From contig OX597817.1 in assembly GCA_951406725.2 (NCBI GenBank), forward strand, positions 78,492,001 to 78,556,000: a stretch of 64,000 nt of DNA. The letters run 5' to 3'. Made by a program: the position numbers and the translations under genes. The notes below the pieces were generated by a model that made no database searches, had not been told where the DNA came from, and worked only from the letters and a program-made list of their open reading frames with translations. Positions 1 through 11,521 of this stretch are shown here, in pieces; position 1 is the stretch's first letter; the number at the start of each line of letters is the position of its first letter. The DNA is from Octopus vulgaris (lineage: Eukaryota).

Positions 1-1076
1 ATTCATTCCATTCTATTTTAAATCCCATATTTATTTATACATAATCTGCCATTACTTTCCAAGAAAAATTATTATCATGTGGTTTTCCTAATGCTTGTGT
101 ACTTTTACAGCCAACGACAGTGAAGATCAAAAGTCAGTTCCTAATTTAAACTGTGGTGACATTTTCAATATATTTCTACAACAATTATAATAAATCTGAT
201 TAAATACTTATTACTAAATATAGATAGGTGCATCTTATATATGAGAAATTTTATTGTGGTTTCATTGTCCATGATTAAGAATGTACATTATACATAAGAG
301 AACCTTATAAAAAAGAGCAAATTATACAATTAAAACTTAATGATAGATTTGATAGTTGTTAGTATTGTGTAAAAGCTACAATTCATGGATGTATTATATA
401 TGTAGTTGTGGATAACTTTCATCTCCTTGATATGCTTTAATTTATCTCACCAAGTAGTGTAAACACTTTAAAAATGGAATGAAAAACTTTAACTAATAAA
501 CAAAATATCAACTGGTTCTTAAACTAGTTGGTTGTGTGACTTTAGATTTATTTCTTCAAGTAATAAATTGAATTGCTTTAGAGAAACTTAAAGCCAGTGT
601 TCTCTCTTTATGTCCCATAACACATAGACTGCATAGATTCAAATTGCTCTTCACCAGGATATCAGTCCATTGCAGGGTTAACATCAAGGTATTGCTGGTA
701 TTCACTTTCAGCTGAGTGGATGTAAGTTGCACAAAATGAAGCACCTTGATCAAAAGGAAATACATCTGATCTGAATTAAACCTGCAACTAATGATCATGA
801 GTCTAACAATTATAGAAGTATGCTGTGTGCTTACATTATGTATAAACATGCACACATACATGCATACTATACACACACACACCTAATACCTACCTACCTA
901 CCTACATATATACATACATACATACATATGCACATACATATGTTCATACATATGTATGATATATATGTACATACATAGACACATAGAACAGTCTGGATAA
1001 GCTTGGATTTTCAGTAAGGCCTTCTGAGAGGATTTGGCAGACAGAAACTGAAAGAAGCCTGTTGTTCATATATATG

Positions 1077-1135
<59 letters not shown>

Positions 1136-1355
1136 TCATATATATTTATGTGTGTGCATATGTGTTTGTGTCTGTCTTTGTCCCCCCACCATCGCTTGAC
1201 AACCAATGTTGGTGTGTTTCTGAGCTGGTTCAGCAGAAGAGACCGATAGAATAAGTACTAGGTTTACAAAGAATGAGTCCTGGGGTCGATTTGCTCGACT
1301 AAAGGTGGAACTCCAGCATGGCTGCAGTCAAAATTATAAAAGAATACATACATAT

Positions 1356-1425
<70 letters not shown>

Positions 1426-1542
1426 GTATGTATATATATATATAACGGGAAGCTTTATGAAAATAGACAAAAGACGAAGGCAGGTGGAAAACAAACAAAC
1501 AATTGTATTAGTATGGCACTCAGGAAATACAAATAAAACAAG

Positions 1543-1580
1543 TCTTTAACGTTTCGAGCCTACGCTCTTCAACAGAAAGA
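1543..1580 (-). ncRNA. Minimal type I hammerhead ribozyme motif (CUGUUGA core variant)
   Basis: Minus strand reads TCTTT-CTGTTGA-A-GAGC-GTAG-GCTC-GAAA-CG-TT-AAAGA: stem I TCTTT/AAAGA, stem II GAGC/GCTC, palindromic stem III (AACGTT), predicted GUU cleavage triplet. Confidence 0.7.
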
Positions 1581-2014
1581 TACACAGAGAGAAAAAAACA
1601 CAGAAAGAAGGAGAGAAAAAAAATGCGTGCAGTAACTAACGAACTAACATGGCGATCTGATTTCGGCCAGGAGTCAAAGATCAAACATGAGACGCGAGAG
1701 CGAAATTAGGGGAGATAATATGGTTGAGTGACCAGCTCCAACATAAGGGTGTGTGTGTGTATGAGAGAGTATTAGTGCGTATGAGAGGTCTGGACGTGTG
1801 TATGTATAGGGTTGGTGTATGTATTAGTATGTATTAGTATGTATTAGTATGTATTAGTACGTATTAGTATGTATAAGGGTGTGTGTGTGCGTGTGTGTAT
1901 GAGAGGTCTGGACGTGTGTATGTATAGGGTTGGTGTATGTATTAGTATGTATTAGTATGTATTAGTATGGAACATCATATATGATGTGATGTGTAAAGTC
2001 GTGTGGTGTAGTGT

Positions 2015-2315
2015 GGAGAGAGGGGGAGGGGAGAAGAGGGGGAGGAGAGGAGGGGGAGAGAGGGGGGGAGAAAGAGGGGGAGAGGGGGGAGAAGGAAGGG
2101 GAGGGGGAGGGGAGGAGGGGGGAGGAGGAAGGAGGAAAGAGGGAGAGGGGGAGAGAGAAGGGGAGTGAGGGAGCAGAGGGAAGGGGAAGAGGGAAGGAGG
2201 GAGGGAGAAAGAGGGAAGAAGGGAAGGGGAGTAGGGGTGAAAGGATGAAGGACTGAAGAAGTAGGGGTCGGGGGGAAGGTAGGTGAGGAGGGGGGTTAGA
2301 TGAGGAGGGGGGAGA
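2015..2315 (+). repeat. ~300-bp G/A polypurine low-complexity tract
   Basis: Almost only GGA/GGG/GAG runs; explains the spurious Pro/Ser- and Gly/Glu-rich ORFs. Confidence 0.9.
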
Positions 2316-2924
2316 GTTGAGACCAAATGGCGTATAAGAGCGAAGAGAGAAGGTTAATTCCTGTTCACGGCGCAAACGGGAATCCGGATATATGTATATA
2401 TGTATGTATAAATTAGAAAAAAAAACACCTTTTATCAATTCAATAATGAAAAGTTAAATTATACCATATAGAAAAATTACATATTATAGAAAGATTAAAT
2501 ATAAGATAAAACATATAACAATGATTAAGTAATGTGCAAAATAATAAATAAAACGTAGAATCAACAGAGTAACTCAGGGACTAAAAGTTTCACACATTAG
2601 CACTTATCAAACTAGTTACAAATCCAGAGGTTATAATTCATATATTGATGATAACGGTATTTCCCTGGATAGTTCTGGAACAAATTATAAAATCAATTTC
2701 AATATCACATGGCTAATTCATATTTTTCAAATAGTTTACCCATTATATCATTCAATAGATAAATACATAATTGGACATATAAGGAAAATTTGTGCATACT
2801 TATGCGCGCACACACACATATATATGGCTATGTATATACATGCACATACATATACACACATGCTTATATAAAATATATATAATGTATATTTACATACATT
2901 AAAAGTTAAAAGTTACATCTACCT

Positions 2925-3155
2925 CCTTGAATCATGCTAACTCATAAGGGCCAGTTTGCCAGTTTCCATGCCGTATAAGTTCTGCACGTGGATGGGTCGC
3001 CAGTCAACCACATGATAACTCATTTTTGCTTGCTGAGTGGACTGGAGTAATGTGAAATGAAGTGCTTTGCTCAAGAACATAATGCATCACCTGGTTCAGG
3101 TATTGAAACCACAATCTTACAATCATGAGTCCAACGTCGTAACCACTAAGCCACA
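2925..3155 (-). mobile_element. tRNA-derived SINE (SINE-C, V-domain-like); related copies at 61020-61255 and 61265-61500
   Basis: Minus strand begins GTGGCTTAGTGGTTA...GGTTTCAATACC (A/B-box-like head). Body and tail match the two tandem copies near 61 kb. Confidence 0.75.
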
Positions 3156-3189
3156 CACACCCACATTTACACACATTATATACACTATA

Positions 3190-3590
3190 ATGGCTGTGTG
3201 GTAAGTAGCTTGCTTACCAACCACATGGTTCCGGATTCAGTCCCACTGTTTGGCACCTTGGGCAAATGTCTTCTACTATAGCCTCGGGCCAACCAAAGCC
3301 TTGTGAGTGGATTTGGTAGACGGAAACTGAAAGAAGCCCATCGTATATATGTATATATATGGATGTGCATGTATGTTTGTGTGTCTGTGTTTGTCCCCCT
3401 AGCATTGCTTGACAACCGATGCTGGTGTGTTTATGTCCCCGTCACTTAGTGGTTCGGCAAAAGAGACCGATAGAATAAGTACTGGGCTTACAAAGAATAA
3501 GTCCCGGGGTCGAGTTGCTCAACTAAAGGCGGTGTTCCAGCATGGCCGCAGTCAAATGACTGAAACAAGTAAAAGAGTAAAAGAGTATAT
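3190..3590 (+). mobile_element. tRNA-derived SINE (SINE-A), full length; >15 full or partial copies in the window (e.g. 9780-10070, 14220-14613, 28997-29403, 38395-38590, 45740-46150)
   Basis: Head TGGCTGTGTGGTAAG...GATTCAGTCCC, then CCTTGGGCAA, an internal (TA/TG)n tract and tail GCATGGCCGCAGTCAAATGACTGAAACAAGTAAAAGAG, recurring throughout the window. Confidence 0.9.
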
Positions 3591-4094
3591 ACAGATGCAG
3601 TAGTGGTTGTGTGGTAAGTAGCTTGCTTACCTCCGTTTTGGAGGGTGCTTCCCATTACCGTTGCTGCCATGTTGCACTTTACTTTGGAGCAAGACGTATC
3701 TTGTTATTATGGATTAACTGCTTGTGTTCGTTGGAGTACCATTTTTGTGGATTTACATGTTTTTTCGATTTTTATGCTTCCCTATCAGGAAGGTAAGGTA
3801 TAAAATCCTTTTTAACTTCAATTGAGCACTGAAACTTTTTCATGTGCCACGCACTCCAAAGTGGGGGGGCAAAATTCGTTGTTATTGCAAATTAACTATT
3901 TGTGTTCATTGGTGTATTGTTTGTATGGATTACGTGTACTTTGAGTTTTTTATGCTTCTCTATCGGGAAGGTAAGGCGAAAATCTTTTTTGTGCAATTGA
4001 AACTTTTTTCGAGCCAGCGTAGGCATTTTTTCTTGTGCCACGCCCCGTAAAGGTGGGGGCAAGGTCTGAACTAATTTGGTGAACAAAGAGCATT

Positions 4095-5266
4095 GTGTTG
4101 AACAAGGAAGATTTGAAAGAATATTTTTCCAGAATGAAGGACGAAGACGGTGATATCAGGATAACGGCCGTGTTCGATGTTGAAGAGACAGAGAAGAGAA
4201 CTGTGGTCTTCAGATCCTTCTGTATGGAAGGAAGACGTTTTGAACATTTCAAAGAAAATGTTATTGAGAAATGCCTTGCACCCTGTATGGAATGATATCA
4301 CTCATATCGCAAGGGGCGATGTTTTTGCAACCATTGAAGTCCGTTTCAAGACAGAGAGTTAGCCCACGAAAAGACGTGGCGCTTCTGCCCTCTTACAGGG
4401 GAAGACGTACTTCTCGTGTGAGAGTGACAAAGGTGCCGCCGGAAATAGACCCTTGGGAGGTGATGGCTGCCCTGTTGTACAACAGGACAGACAAAATACA
4501 ATTCCTTCAGATTTCATGCTCTGCCTCCCAATACTGGACAGGGAAGAGCATTTCAGCCATCAGCCAAGGGGCACCAGAAGACATTGAAAACCTTCCGGAC
4601 CGGGTATGCGTGGGTGAAAAATTTACCCTCCAAGTTCAAACGGAGGTTAAAAAGGTTACTTGCTTCGAATGTAGAAAAAAGGCCACATTCGAAGCGATTG
4701 TGAAGAAAAAAAGAAGAGGAGGAAAAGAAGAAAAAAGAGAAAAAACTGTTACAGACACCAGTCCCCACAGCTATTCAAAACATCCCCAAACCCACACATA
4801 CACTAGCCCCCACAAAAACAAATGCTCCCACTCCCCCTGTTGTGGTGCCACCCCAAATAAAGTAATGAAAAGACCCAACCCCAACATACACAAGCCCAAC
4901 CACATTAATAAAACTCCTGCCCACCTGATTTCTGAGGTACCTTGTGTTTGAAACATAATGTCCCCAGACAAATTCATGGAGGTGTCCGAAGGGGAATGAC
5001 AGTTCACAAACGTTTACATGCACCTTTCTCACCCACGTCCCCCACAGGAAAAAGACAACCATACACCACAGATAAAAAAGACCCCGCTCCACCGCCCCGA
5101 AAAAAAGACACAAAAGAACAATGAAGAAATAATTTTAACTGAATATAACTCTAAAGACGATTATTTGGAAAGACAAATTCCACAACAGCATACAGTGAAA
5201 CTTTTGCATCCAAATAGTGACACACATGAGATGTGCCTGGATGCAGGGAAAACCTATACAGGCTGA
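4095..5266 (+). pseudogene. ORF1 (gag-like nucleic-acid-binding protein with zinc knuckle) of the Tx1-like element, disrupted
   Basis: ORFs 4095-4295 and 4271-4951. CFECRKK continues across a 1-nt frameshift in an A-run (~4680) as GHIRSDC, giving CX2CX4HX4C. Confidence 0.75.
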
Positions 5267-5421
5267 TGAAGGATAGGTGTCTGAGAGGCATCAGGAGGCT
5301 CATAGACCTGCCTGAATGCCCAGAGAAGACAGAAAGGAGGAGGCCGACTCACGTTTGGTGAGGTCACCTCATCACCTCCAAGTAAGGGTAAGTAAAGCCT
5401 TTGTTTTTTTCTCCCAGGCGT

Positions 5422-6170
5422 ATGGCTTCACTTAACTTGGGGTGCTTAAATGCACGTGATCTGAGCTCAAAGTGGAATCAAGCTTGCCTGCTCGACGACC
5501 TCAGATCACATTATATACATATAACGGTTGCTACAAAGACCAAGCTGGACAGTCTACAAACCTTCTCACCCCTCCTGAATGGCCATGAGAAAATCATTTC
5601 TCCAGAGGTCAAGTGGGTGTAGTAGTACTCACCCGAAAAGGCTTGACTCTGCAGACAGGTACAGTCTATGTGGACCCTGAAGGTGGAATGGTCGTCCTTG
5701 ATATGATGTACAGTGGTAGAGCCTTCAGGTTGATTGGAATCTATGCACCCTGTGCTAGAGGATTACAAACTGATTTTTATCAGCGCCTAGAGAACTTTCT
5801 TGTAGCGTCGAAGACATTAGTGGTGTTAGGTGACTATAACGCTATAGTTGATGCATGCATAGATAGCATTGGCTAAATTGATAGGAAAATGTACTCATGT
5901 TTCATAGATCTGCTTAAGTGATTTCAGCTAGCAGATCATTGCAGACTTGACCATCCAAACGTCCCAGTGTGGACCTGGGTGAATGGCAACAGAAGGCTAA
6001 AATCTTACTTAGATAGGATTGTGATAAGAGCTTGAGATAAGGCTAGCTTTAGTTGTCCACAGCTTGTTCAGGAATCCTACATGGACCATAGAATGATTAA
6101 GTATAGGCTGAATGTAGATAGTGCAGTTAAGAGAGGATCCAGTCACTGGAAGCTGAACAAGTCTATTTCT
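5422..6170 (+). pseudogene. APE-type endonuclease domain of Tx1/L1 ORF2, disrupted
   Basis: MASLNLGCLNARDL..., IGIYAP, LGDYNA, WTW, SYLDRI, MDH and WKLNKS occur in canonical order with stops and frameshifts. They are followed directly by the C-terminal LAWQC...PSCLRWGQDKETILH remnant. Confidence 0.88.
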
Positions 6171-6771
6171 GGATAATTACTTGAAATCCCTGGCTTGGCA
6201 GTGCTTCCATGTGGCATTACAAGTTTGTGAGAAGCTGTCAAGGCACGGAAGTGCTGTCTCACCGTCATGTCTGAGGTGGGGGCAGGACAAGGAAACCATC
6301 TTGCACACGTCCATGGGATGTCCAGAATTATCATGATTGATAGTTTTCACAGAACAACTGCTGTCATTGATGGGAGTGATTGGCACCAAGTAAGTGGAGC
6401 CCTGGAAGAAAAGCAAAGGCCCTACCCTGATGTCGAATGCCTTTCCTTCGGTGTCACATTGCATAATGCAATATATTTTATTTTATTTTATTTTTAATTT
6501 TTTACTTTTTTCATATTTTTAATCGATTCATAACAACGCTTTAAGCGACTTCACCATTCTAAGTTTGTCTGCCCTTGTTTGTCCCCTCTGTATTATGCCT
6601 ACAAGGCAAATTTATTGAAATAAAGTAGCTTGCTTACCAAACACATGGTTCAAGGTTCAGTCCCATTGCATGGCACCTTGGACAAGTGTCTTCTGCTATG
6701 GCCTCATGCCGACCAAAGCCTTGTGAGTGGATTTGGTAAACAGAAACTGAAAGAAGCCCACCATATATGTA

Positions 6772-6811
<40 letters not shown>

Positions 6812-7529
6812 TATGTGTATGTTTAAATGTAGTGTTTGTATATGTTTGTGTGTTTGCGTTTGCCCCCACAACATCGCTTGACAACCAATGTTGGTGCGTT
6901 TATGACCCCGTACCTTAGCGGTTTGGCAAAAGAGACAGATAGAATAAGTACTAAGCTTAACAAAGAATAAGTCCTGGTGCTCCAGCATGGCCGCAGTCAA
7001 ATGACTGAAAGAAGTAAAACAATAAAAAAAAATAAAAGTATATAATTACAAATATATGCATAGTCAAGTGTTTGCATTTTCATTGTGTGAAAGTCTCCAT
7101 ATGCTAAGATTCAGGCCATACTGAAGCAAACAGCACCAAAAATATAACAAAAGGAAACAATAAATGTCTTAATACTCCAAAGACACAAGAAACTAATGTC
7201 AAGTGTTTACATAAGTACCTCCTTCACGTGGATAACATTTTTTTTACCTGAGTAACTGGCCTTCTGCAGAAATAACCCTTGCCATTGTTTTCAGCTTCTC
7301 TTACTCAAGATGATATGGGGCATAGTATGGTATGGTATGATATGGCACGTGTATATGTGTATGTATGAGTGTGTGTATATGTGTGTGTGTGTGTACGAGT
7401 GCATGTATGTCTGAAGGTGAGTCAGAGTGTTCATCTGTGTCTGTGAAATTGTCTATGTCTGTCTATCATGTTTTCTGCTTGATCATTATCTATTTTGACT
7501 TCTCTTTATATACATATATACATATTTAT

Positions 7530-7563
<34 letters not shown>

Positions 7564-7672
7564 GTATATATATGTATGTATATATATATATATATGTATA
7601 TATATATCTATGTATATATATAAATGTATATATACATATGTATATATATGCATATATACATATGTATATGTA

Positions 7673-7704
<32 letters not shown>

Positions 7705-7772
7705 AGAATATATATATATGTGTGTGTATATATATATGTGTGTGTATATATATGTGTGTGTATATATATATG

Positions 7773-7820
<48 letters not shown>

Positions 7821-7823
<3 letters not shown>

Positions 7824-8455
7824 CAGTATCGCCCGGCGTTGCTCGGGTTTGTAAGGGAAATAACTATATAAGCATTTTTAGAGAGTTATAGCCAAAAATA
7901 GCAAAAAATGCATTAAAAATGGAAAAAATATGATGGTAAATTTTTTGAAAAATCGTTGACTCATCGTAGACATTTTTAGAGAGTTACTTCCCTTATATAA
8001 TAGCGAAAAAATGCATTAAAATGGAAAAAAAACGATGGTAAATTTTTTTTTAAATCGTAGACTCATGTAGACGCTTTCTTAGCCATTTCTGTTTTGGTGT
8101 CTTCAAGCCATGAAGTCGTTGTTCTAAAAGAACGCTGGTCTCCTTGACAACGCATTACGACGTTGATTTCCTTACACTCCCTTCCCCACAGGTGCAGGTG
8201 TGAGCGTGGACGCCAACTCCGCCGCCATCGACACACGAAAAATTATGCATTAAAATGGAATAAAAAATGATGTTAAATTATTTTTAAAATCGTAGACTCA
8301 TCGTAGACGCGCGCTAATACTCAGACGGGCTCGATATGAATCACGACTATAAGCTACCCGAATTTGGTTAAACTGCACCGCAAAATGTGGGAGTAGTTAG
8401 GAATCTAAATCGAAAGGGACAGACACTCACACAACTACAGTTTTATATATATAGA
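7821..8455 (-). mobile_element. Non-autonomous Helitron
   Basis: Minus strand starts TC-TATATATAAAA and ends with the hairpin CCCGAGCAACGCCGGG ~8 nt before a degraded CTAG. It has internal subrepeats and shares ends with the copy at 10508. Confidence 0.8.
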
Positions 8456-8461
8456 TATACA

Positions 8462-8908
8462 TAGCGCAGTAGTGGTGAGATGTGACAGCAAAGAAAAGCA
8501 TACATTCACTCTCTGCATGCAATTAGACTCGGAAAGTTCGTGAGGAACCCATTGACCCAATTTGCTGACTTTTCCGATAGCACACAGGTCTCAATGAATG
8601 GTTGAATGACCAAATCCAAGCTTCTCTGCTAGTTCCTCAACAGTTACGATGAGATTTTGTTCCACCAGGGTTTTCAGGATGTCCTTGTCGAGTTCTACTG
8701 ATCTTTCAGGATGAGGCTCGTCTTCTAGGCTGTTCCAATATAGCTTTGAAAAAAATAGCTGTTAAAATCGAAATGCACTCTTCAAAACTTGCACTATGAA
8801 TAAGGACAAGATAAAATTACTACCTGCTTTTATAGCAAGTTAATATAAGTAGTTTATCCCATTCCCCTCTGACTTTTAGTTCAAGCTGTTGAAAAAACCG
8901 CATTATTA
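8462..8908 (-). pseudogene. mariner transposase fragment with adjacent 5' non-coding end
   Basis: Minus translation LEDEPHPERSVELDKDILKTLVEQN...TVEELAEKLG...GKVSKLGQWVPHELSESN contains the WVPHEL motif. Confidence 0.85.
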
Positions 8909-9153
8909 TATATATATACATACATACATACATACATATACACACACACTTTCTCTCTCACACACATGCACACATTTATATTCTGTTATTCTTTTATATG
9001 TTTCAGCCTTGAGGTTGTGGCCATGCTGGATCATGTGTGTGTGTGTGTGTCTATCTGTCTGTCTGTATGTATGTATATATGTATATGTATGTGTGTGAAC
9101 AATAATATTTTCAACAGATGTGTTGCAAATGTATCTGATTGTTCTCAAGCTTC

Positions 9154-9201
<48 letters not shown>

Positions 9202-9250
9202 ATGTATGTATGTATGTGTGTATGTATGTATGTGTGTGTGTATGTATGCA

Positions 9251-9283
<33 letters not shown>

Positions 9284-9321
9284 ATGTATGTATGTATGTA
9301 TGAGTGTATGTTTACTTTATT

Positions 9322-9754
9322 ACTAACACAAGCCACTACGGTTATTTAATGTAGTCTTCCTCAAATCACTATCTCTGGCTATTTACTCTCTTCCAAGAAC
9401 ATTTTCACTCACACTTATGTGTTAGCTTCCCATACATTTCACTCATGTATCTATCAGCGTGATAGAGAGAAACAAATATTACATCTAGTTTCACTTTATT
9501 CGTTGCCCACTGTGTGTGTGCGTTTGCGTGTGGTGTAAACCAGACTAAGAAAAGCATTTGACACACACACACAGAATGTGAGTTTTCTGTAAATTTTGCT
9601 TAATTGGAGTTTAAATTTTAAAAACTGGACCTGGCATGACGCGATGCATTGTACTCTTAAAAATGCTAGGTAAATTGTAATTGAAGAAATCCTATATTGT
9701 AGATTTGTATAACTCCCAAAGGGAGGCAGATAAAATCTGCCTTTTATAATAAGA
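9322..9754 (-). mobile_element. Probable second family of non-autonomous Helitron
   Basis: Minus strand starts A|TCTTATTATAAAAGGCAG and ends in a degenerate ...GTTAG|T; the 3' hairpin is poorly preserved. Confidence 0.4.
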
Positions 9755-9939
9755 TATATATATATATATATGTATTTATACAGGAGTAGCTTGCTTACCA
9801 ACCACATGTTTCCAGGTTCAGTCCCACTGCATGGCATCTTGAGCAAGAGTCTTCAACTATAGCCTCAGGCTGACCAAAGCCTTTTTGAGTGGATTTGGCA
9901 GACAGAAATTGAAAGAATCCTGTCATAAACAAATATATA

Positions 9940-9970
<31 letters not shown>

Positions 9971-10507
9971 TTGTATATATTTTTGTGTCTGGGGTCGATT
10001 TATTCGACTAAAGGTGGTGCTCCAGCATGGCCACAGTCAAATGACTGAAATAAATGAAAGAATAAAAGAATAAATATGTGTGTGTGTGTATACTTATATC
10101 ATATCTATATATTTGTATGTAAGCGTATGTACAGGCATGATTGTCTGGTAAGAAGTTTTTTCCCCAACCAGGTGGTTTCGTGTCCAGTTTTGCCATGTTC
10201 TTCTACTATAGCTTTTAGCCAAATGGCCTGTTGTGAGCGAATTTGGCAGGTGGAAACTGAAAAAAGCCCATCATATACATATATATCATCGTTTCCTACA
10301 CTAGCACAAGGCCCAAAATTTCTGGGGAGGGGGGCAGTCGATCGACCCTAGTATGCAACTGGTACTCAGTTTATTGATCCCAAAAAGATGAAAGGCAAAG
10401 TTGACCTCGGCAGAATTTGGACTCAGAATGTAAAGATAGACGAAACACTACTAAGAATTTTGCCTGGTGTGCCCACGTTTCTGCCAGCTTGCTGCTTTAT
10501 AAATATA

Positions 10508-11521
10508 CTAGCAGTATCGCCCGGCGTTGCTCGGGTTTGTAAGGGAAATAACTATATAAGCATTTTTAGTGAGTTATAGCAAAAAAATAGCAAAAGAAGC
10601 ATTAAAAATGGAATAAAAAATGATGGTAATTTTTTTTTTAAATCGTTGACTCATCGTAGACATTTCTAGAGAGTTACTTCTCTTATATAATAGCGAAAAA
10701 TGCATTAAAATGGAATAAAAAATTATGGTAATTTTTTTTTAATCGTTGACTCATCGTAGACATTTTTAGAGAGTTACTTCCCTTATATAACAGCGAAAAA
10801 TGCATTAAAATGGAATAAAAAATTATGGTAATTTTTTTAAAAATCGTCGACTCATCGTAGACGCGCGTTAATACCCAGAAGGGCTCGATATGAATCACGA
10901 CTATAAGATACCCGGTTTTGGTTACACTGCACCGCAAAATGTGGGAGTAGTTAGGAATCTAAATCGTAGGAGACAGACACACAACCTTACTTTTATATAT
11001 AAAGATTTGTGCAACAACTAAAACATTCGGTTGTGCAAATTGTTTGCACAGGAAACCTGCCCTGCGTGGCGGTAATTGCCGTTTTTGTGGATCTGTTTCA
11101 GCTCTATTAGCGATTTCTGTTTTGGCGACTTCAAGCCATGAAGTCGTTGTTCAAAAAGAACGCTGGTCTCCTTGACAACGCATTACGACGTTGATTTCCT
11201 TACACTCCCTTCCCCACAGCTTCAGGAGGGAGGGAAGAAGGGGGAGAAGCAACACAGGTGCATGTGTGAGCATGGACGCCTACTCCGCCGCCATCGACAC
11301 ACGAAAAAATATGCATTAAAATGGAATAAAAAATGATGTTAAATTATTTTTTAAATCGTAGACTCATCGTAGACGCGCTCTAATACCCAGACGAGCTCGA
11401 TATGAATCACGACTATAAGATACCCGAATTTGGTTAAACTGCACCGCAAAATGTGGGAGTAGTTAGGAATCTAAATCGAAGGGGACAGACACTCACACAA
11501 CTACAGTTTTATATATATAGA
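10508..11521 (-). mobile_element. Composite non-autonomous Helitron (two 5' TC ends, one 3' CTAG end)
   Basis: CTAG at 10508-10511 with GC hairpin. 5' ends are TC-TTTATATATAAAA at 11005 and TC-TATATATATAAAA at 11521. Tandem ~95-bp internal units contain GACTCATCGTAGAC. Confidence 0.82.

Larger units (their letters stand above)
1444..2388 (-). mobile_element. Penelope-like element (PLE) 3' remnant: GIY-YIG endonuclease C-terminus, microsatellite/purine-rich 3' region and HHR-bearing terminal repeat
   Basis: Minus-strand peptide PDSRLRREQELTFSLRSYTPFGLNS (~2313-2388) fits the R..RE..(L)IF.L....P.GLN end of PLE GIY-YIG domains. An HHR motif lies downstream at 1543-1580. The element is bounded by (TA)-rich tracts. 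Confidence 0.8.
3632..6622 (+). mobile_element. Tx1/L1-clade LINE derivative (~3 kb): 5' UTR, ORF1, APE endonuclease, no RT, ORF2 C-terminal scraps and 3' UTR; inserted into a SINE-A head
   Basis: Perfect 16-bp TSD AAGTAGCTTGCTTACC at 3616-3631 and 6623-6638. The host SINE-A resumes after 6638. ORF1 and APE motifs are described in the next two entries. Confidence 0.88.

Noticed and set aside
111-190. Possible terminal exon after TTTTACAG (NDSEDQKSVPNLNCGDIFNIFLQQL*)
   Set aside because: Short, no homology recognised, and the upstream context lies outside the window.
556-882. 108-aa minus-strand ORF
   Set aside because: It overlaps a degraded SINE-C-like copy (~640-810) and a (CATA)n tract.
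10560-10870. Regularly spaced GACTCATCGTAGAC repeats resembling a CRISPR array
   Set aside because: The spacers are themselves repeats; these are internal tandem units of a eukaryotic Helitron, and no cas genes are present.
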